Shown here: piece by piece, positions 60,366 to 64,000 of the stretch
Layout: each line of letters starts with the position of its first letter
Position numbering within the stretch: position 1 is the first letter of the stretch
NCBI RefSeq assembly: GCF_963921235.1
Contig: NC_086125.1
Coordinates: 26,908,001-26,972,000 of the forward strand
Reading direction: 5' to 3'
Length of the DNA: 64,000 nucleotides
DNA from: Mobula hypostoma
Taxonomy: Eukaryota
Translations under genes and position numbers: made by a program
Notes under the pieces: generated by a model
What the model saw: only the letters and a program-made list of their open reading frames with translations
Told to the model about the DNA's origin: nothing
Database searches by the model: none

Positions 60366-61661
60366 CAAACTGCAGATCAACTGCAAATGTTGCGTTCAGG
60401 TTGGGTGTACTAATGAAGTATTTCTGTTTGAGCTGAGGCAGCCTGACTCGGGAACCGTTCAGATCAGATGAGATGTATCCTGATAGGTGGCATGGTAGAA
60501 TAGTGATTAGCACAATGTTTCATAGTTCACATATATTGTCTGTTCTTTTTTGTTGATATTGTACTTACAGCATTGAAAGTAGTTACAGTACAGTACATGA
60601 CCTTTGGCCCACCATGTTGCACCGACCTTTTAACCTATTCGAAGACCTGCCTCTCGGTTTTTTTGCACTACTTTACTTCCCATTTTTCTATTTTCTATTT
60701 ATGATTTATAATTTAAATTTTTAATATTTACTAATTTTTACTATTTTTAATATTTATAATCCAGGGAGCGGGAAGTGCAGAATCAAATATCGCTGTGATG
60801 ATTGTACGTTCTAGTATCATTTGTTTGGCGACAATAAAGTATAAAGTATTTAACCTTTTCCTCCCACATCGACCTCCATTTTTCTATCATTCATACGTCT
60901 ATCTGAGTTTCTTGTATGTCTCTAATGTATCTGCCTCTACCACCATTCTCTGTGTAGAGTTTACCTGTGAAATGCTCCACCTTATATTTTCCTCCGATCA
61001 CTTTAAAATTATGCCTCCTCGTATTAGCCATTTTTGCCCTGGGGAAAAGTCTCTGGCTACCCACTGTTTCTAAGCCACATCTATCAAGTCACCTCTCATC
61101 CTCCTTCACACCGAAGAGAAAACTCCTAGCTCACTCAATCTCTCCTCATGAGTCATGCTCCTTAAACCAGGCGACGTTTCAGCAGAGCCTCTAGTGTGGT
61201 ATGGGAAATATCCCAAGTCCTTCAGAGTCAGGGTTATTATTATGGATATATGTTATGAAATTTGTTTTGCAATGGACTATATAAAAATTACTGTAATGAA
61301 TAAGATATATAAAATATACAGGCCAGCAGGAGAACAAAAGAGTGAGATTGTGTTCGTGGGTTCATGGACTGATGTTGGAGGGGGAAGAAGCTGTTCATAA
61401 AATGTTGAGTGTGCATCCTCAGGCCTTTGTACCTCCTCCCTGATGGTAGCCATGAACAGAGGGCATGTTCTGGATGGCGAGGGTCCTTTTTGCAAATCTC
61501 CTTGATTGTGGGGAGACTAGTACCTGTGATGGAGCTGGCTGCGACTACAGCCCTCTGCAGCTTTCCCCGCCCCCCCCCGCCCCGCCCCGCCCCGCCCCAC
61601 CCTTTGGCTTGGATTGAATTGTAACTTTATCCCTAAACAGACTTCGATATTTTAAAGTTTC

Positions 61662-63760
61662 TGTTATGTTTTGTAACTTGTATACAGACATCCATAGCAT
61701 AGTACATCTTAAGTGTCCCATTCAGGCCTAAGGATTTAATTGATGTAGACGATTTCATACTTTTGGGATAATGTTTTTCTTGACAAGGTGGATCACTCTA
61801 CTTGGCAGGTGAAACTTGTGGCCATGGAACGATCTCAGGTTCTGGGCCGGCCTTTATGCTGGTTGTAGGAGATGACTCTGAAACTGCTGGAAGTAGTTCT
61901 GACAGTGGTAGCTGCCTTTCTGTGCATTTTGATCTTGAGAAGATGCATTTAGTTAACCGGAGTATTCTCTTATCCTTCCGATTGCTCCCCTTGCAATCTG
62001 GTCCCTCTTGTTAAAGCTCGCAAAGTAAATTCTGGTTCTTTGTACTCACAAAAGCCGAATGCTTACAACTTTCCTGAAGCTCCTTGAACTCCCTTCCAGC
62101 TTAAAACCAAGCCACATTTTGTAAGTAACTGCCTGATAAACATCGGAAGCTTTCTCAGATACGTTGCCTACAAAAACTCTTATAGTCGAACCCCTGCTTT
62201 TGGCGCTTTCACACTTCCTCTGAGCAACATGGCCCTTCGTTGGTCTAATATGCTTTCTGACCAGAGGCACACGGTTGTTACCAACACCTGTTTGTCCTCT
62301 GAGGAATAGTTCACGGTGTACACCATGGAGATAGTTGTGGCATTATTCAGTATCCTTAATTCACTTTCAGTTGGCTTCATTGCAGGGGATGTGGCATGCA
62401 AATAGTGGATGGATCTCCCATCAGGTTGTGGTTGTCTCAGCCAGTCATGTCCCCACAATGCTGGCCCTCCTGTTTTGCCATATACAAGCCCAATGTGGCC
62501 TGTTGGTTGTTCTATTTCACTGTCATGAATGTCATTCCCGCAGGAGTTATCTTTCCTCCAGTACAAGTTCTTAGTTGAATATCTGCAGGCTTCAGTTTGT
62601 TATCTTCGAAATGCCATTCACTGATTTTCTGTAATGACTGAAACAGCTGAGCCAGTATCCAATTCCATTTTAATTAATTTGGTGTTCACTTCAGGTGTAC
62701 GCCATATTGTTTGTCTGTTGTTAGTTTTCACATTCTAAATCTCAAGGCTACTTACTCAGTCTTGTGTAACTCATTATCAGATTTTTCATCAACGGCATGC
62801 AGATTAGTGCCCTTCTCTGTGCAGACCATTTATTTTTGTTTGCCTGACATGCTCTTTGGGTGTGTGTGTCCCACATTGTTACGTTTTCTGCAAGTTTCAC
62901 CTTTAAATCTGCCTTTGTTTGATGTATATAAGCCCCGGCCTCAACAGAAACACAATTTGTTCAGACATGCCATTTTTCTGTTTAGACGTTACAATTTTGT
63001 TCATACACACTTTCTTTTTTGATTGCAATTCAATTGCATCTTCCTCTGTGGTTTCACTGTAACAGCAATTTCAATTCTCTTTTAAAATGTGAGTTGTGCT
63101 TCAGTTAGGAGTCATTTTTGAATGCTTTCTTTTAAGATTCCACAAACAAGATGATCTCTCAGTGAATCACTAAGCCCGTTACCAAACTGACAGCACTCAA
63201 TTCAGCCACCTCTACTGAGATGGACTTCCGTTCCTTTTGATTCCGCTTATGAAACCTAAAGCGTTCTGCAATAATCAATAGCTTCAGTTTGGTTGGTGCA
63301 ATCAAACTGCAAAGCAAACTGTACGCCTTTAAACCCAATGAAGTCAGCAAAATTGGTACTCATTTCTCATTGGCTATTTCGTTTGCTTCAAAATATTGTT
63401 GAATTAGCACAGTATACATATTCTAGTTACCTTGTGGATAATTAAATGCATCAATCTTTCTGATGTTGCCAGCCAGTTACGCTTTTCTTTATGATTATTA
63501 TTACCAGGTATTCACACTTTATGAACTGTAAATTCTTCCATTTTCGGACCTTAAAAAAACTCGATCATGTCTTCCCTTCCAAAGAACTTGTGCTGCTTTT
63601 TGTAACTCGACTGTCTCAGTTTCATTTTAAAAATACCTCGTCACCAATGTTATGTTTTGTAACTTCAAAATATTAAACTAATTCAAAGTAAGACACAAGT
63701 CCGGGAATGTACGTTTAACTTTGAGTTTACTGTAAATGAGGCGGATGAGTGTCATGTGGT
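61662..63760 (-). mobile_element. Non-autonomous Gypsy derivative (gag-PR only), same family as 14796-18618
   Basis: LTR end ...gttacaaaacataaca followed by PBS tggtgacgag (63637-63646); gag AERFRFHKRNQKE; protease ELDTGSAVSV; no RT/RH/IN. Only ~18 bp of the 3' LTR remains (61662-61679). Confidence 0.85.
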
Positions 63761-64000
63761 AACCTGAAGTCACTGATTGTACTGTTGCCTCTGTGTCAGA
63801 AAGTTCCATTCCTACTCCAAAGAGTCCAGCACAGAGTCAGTGTTCTGGTATGGTACTGTGGAAAGTTCTGGCCTTTCAGTGAAAATGTCGCAGTGAGATC
63901 ATGTATGCCAGTTCAGGTTGTAATACAGGGTATAGTCGTACAATCGCTTCGTTCAAATTTGATCTATTGAATTTGTCAGATCCAGATGTTACTGGGGTAT

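Noticed and set aside
56856-64000. Further PRKCSH exons
   Set aside because: No FY.ESKPFTCLDG-like exon was found; the region is TE-filled intron.

Overview
Vertebrate genomic DNA. The repeat landscape (V-SINEs, CR1, Rex1/Babar, Penelope and RTE elements) suggests a cartilaginous fish, probably a ray; that assignment is an inference. Three genes can be reconstructed by hand from splice signals and protein similarity. (1) A complete 8-exon erythropoietin receptor gene, EPOR (+, CDS 1333-29834, 556 aa). (2) A 2-exon SWSAP1 gene (-, 52053-43674, 383 aa), tail-to-tail with EPOR and carrying an unusual ~130-aa hexapeptide-repeat insertion. (3) The first coding exon of PRKCSH (+, 56747-56855) with its CpG-rich promoter. 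Most of the rest is decayed, often nested transposable elements, and nearly all other ORFs in the track are TE fragments or noise. The most striking non-genic signal is two classes of self-cleaving-ribozyme motifs carried by retroelements. One is a twister motif whose predicted cleavage site coincides exactly with the 5' end of a TSD-flanked 278-bp non-autonomous RTE (19121-19398). The other is many minimal type-I hammerhead motifs in Penelope-derived repeats, including a tandem array inside a fold-back structure and a core-intact copy antisense in the EPOR 3' UTR. All identifications come from reading the sequence and recalling known families; no searches or folding programs were run.
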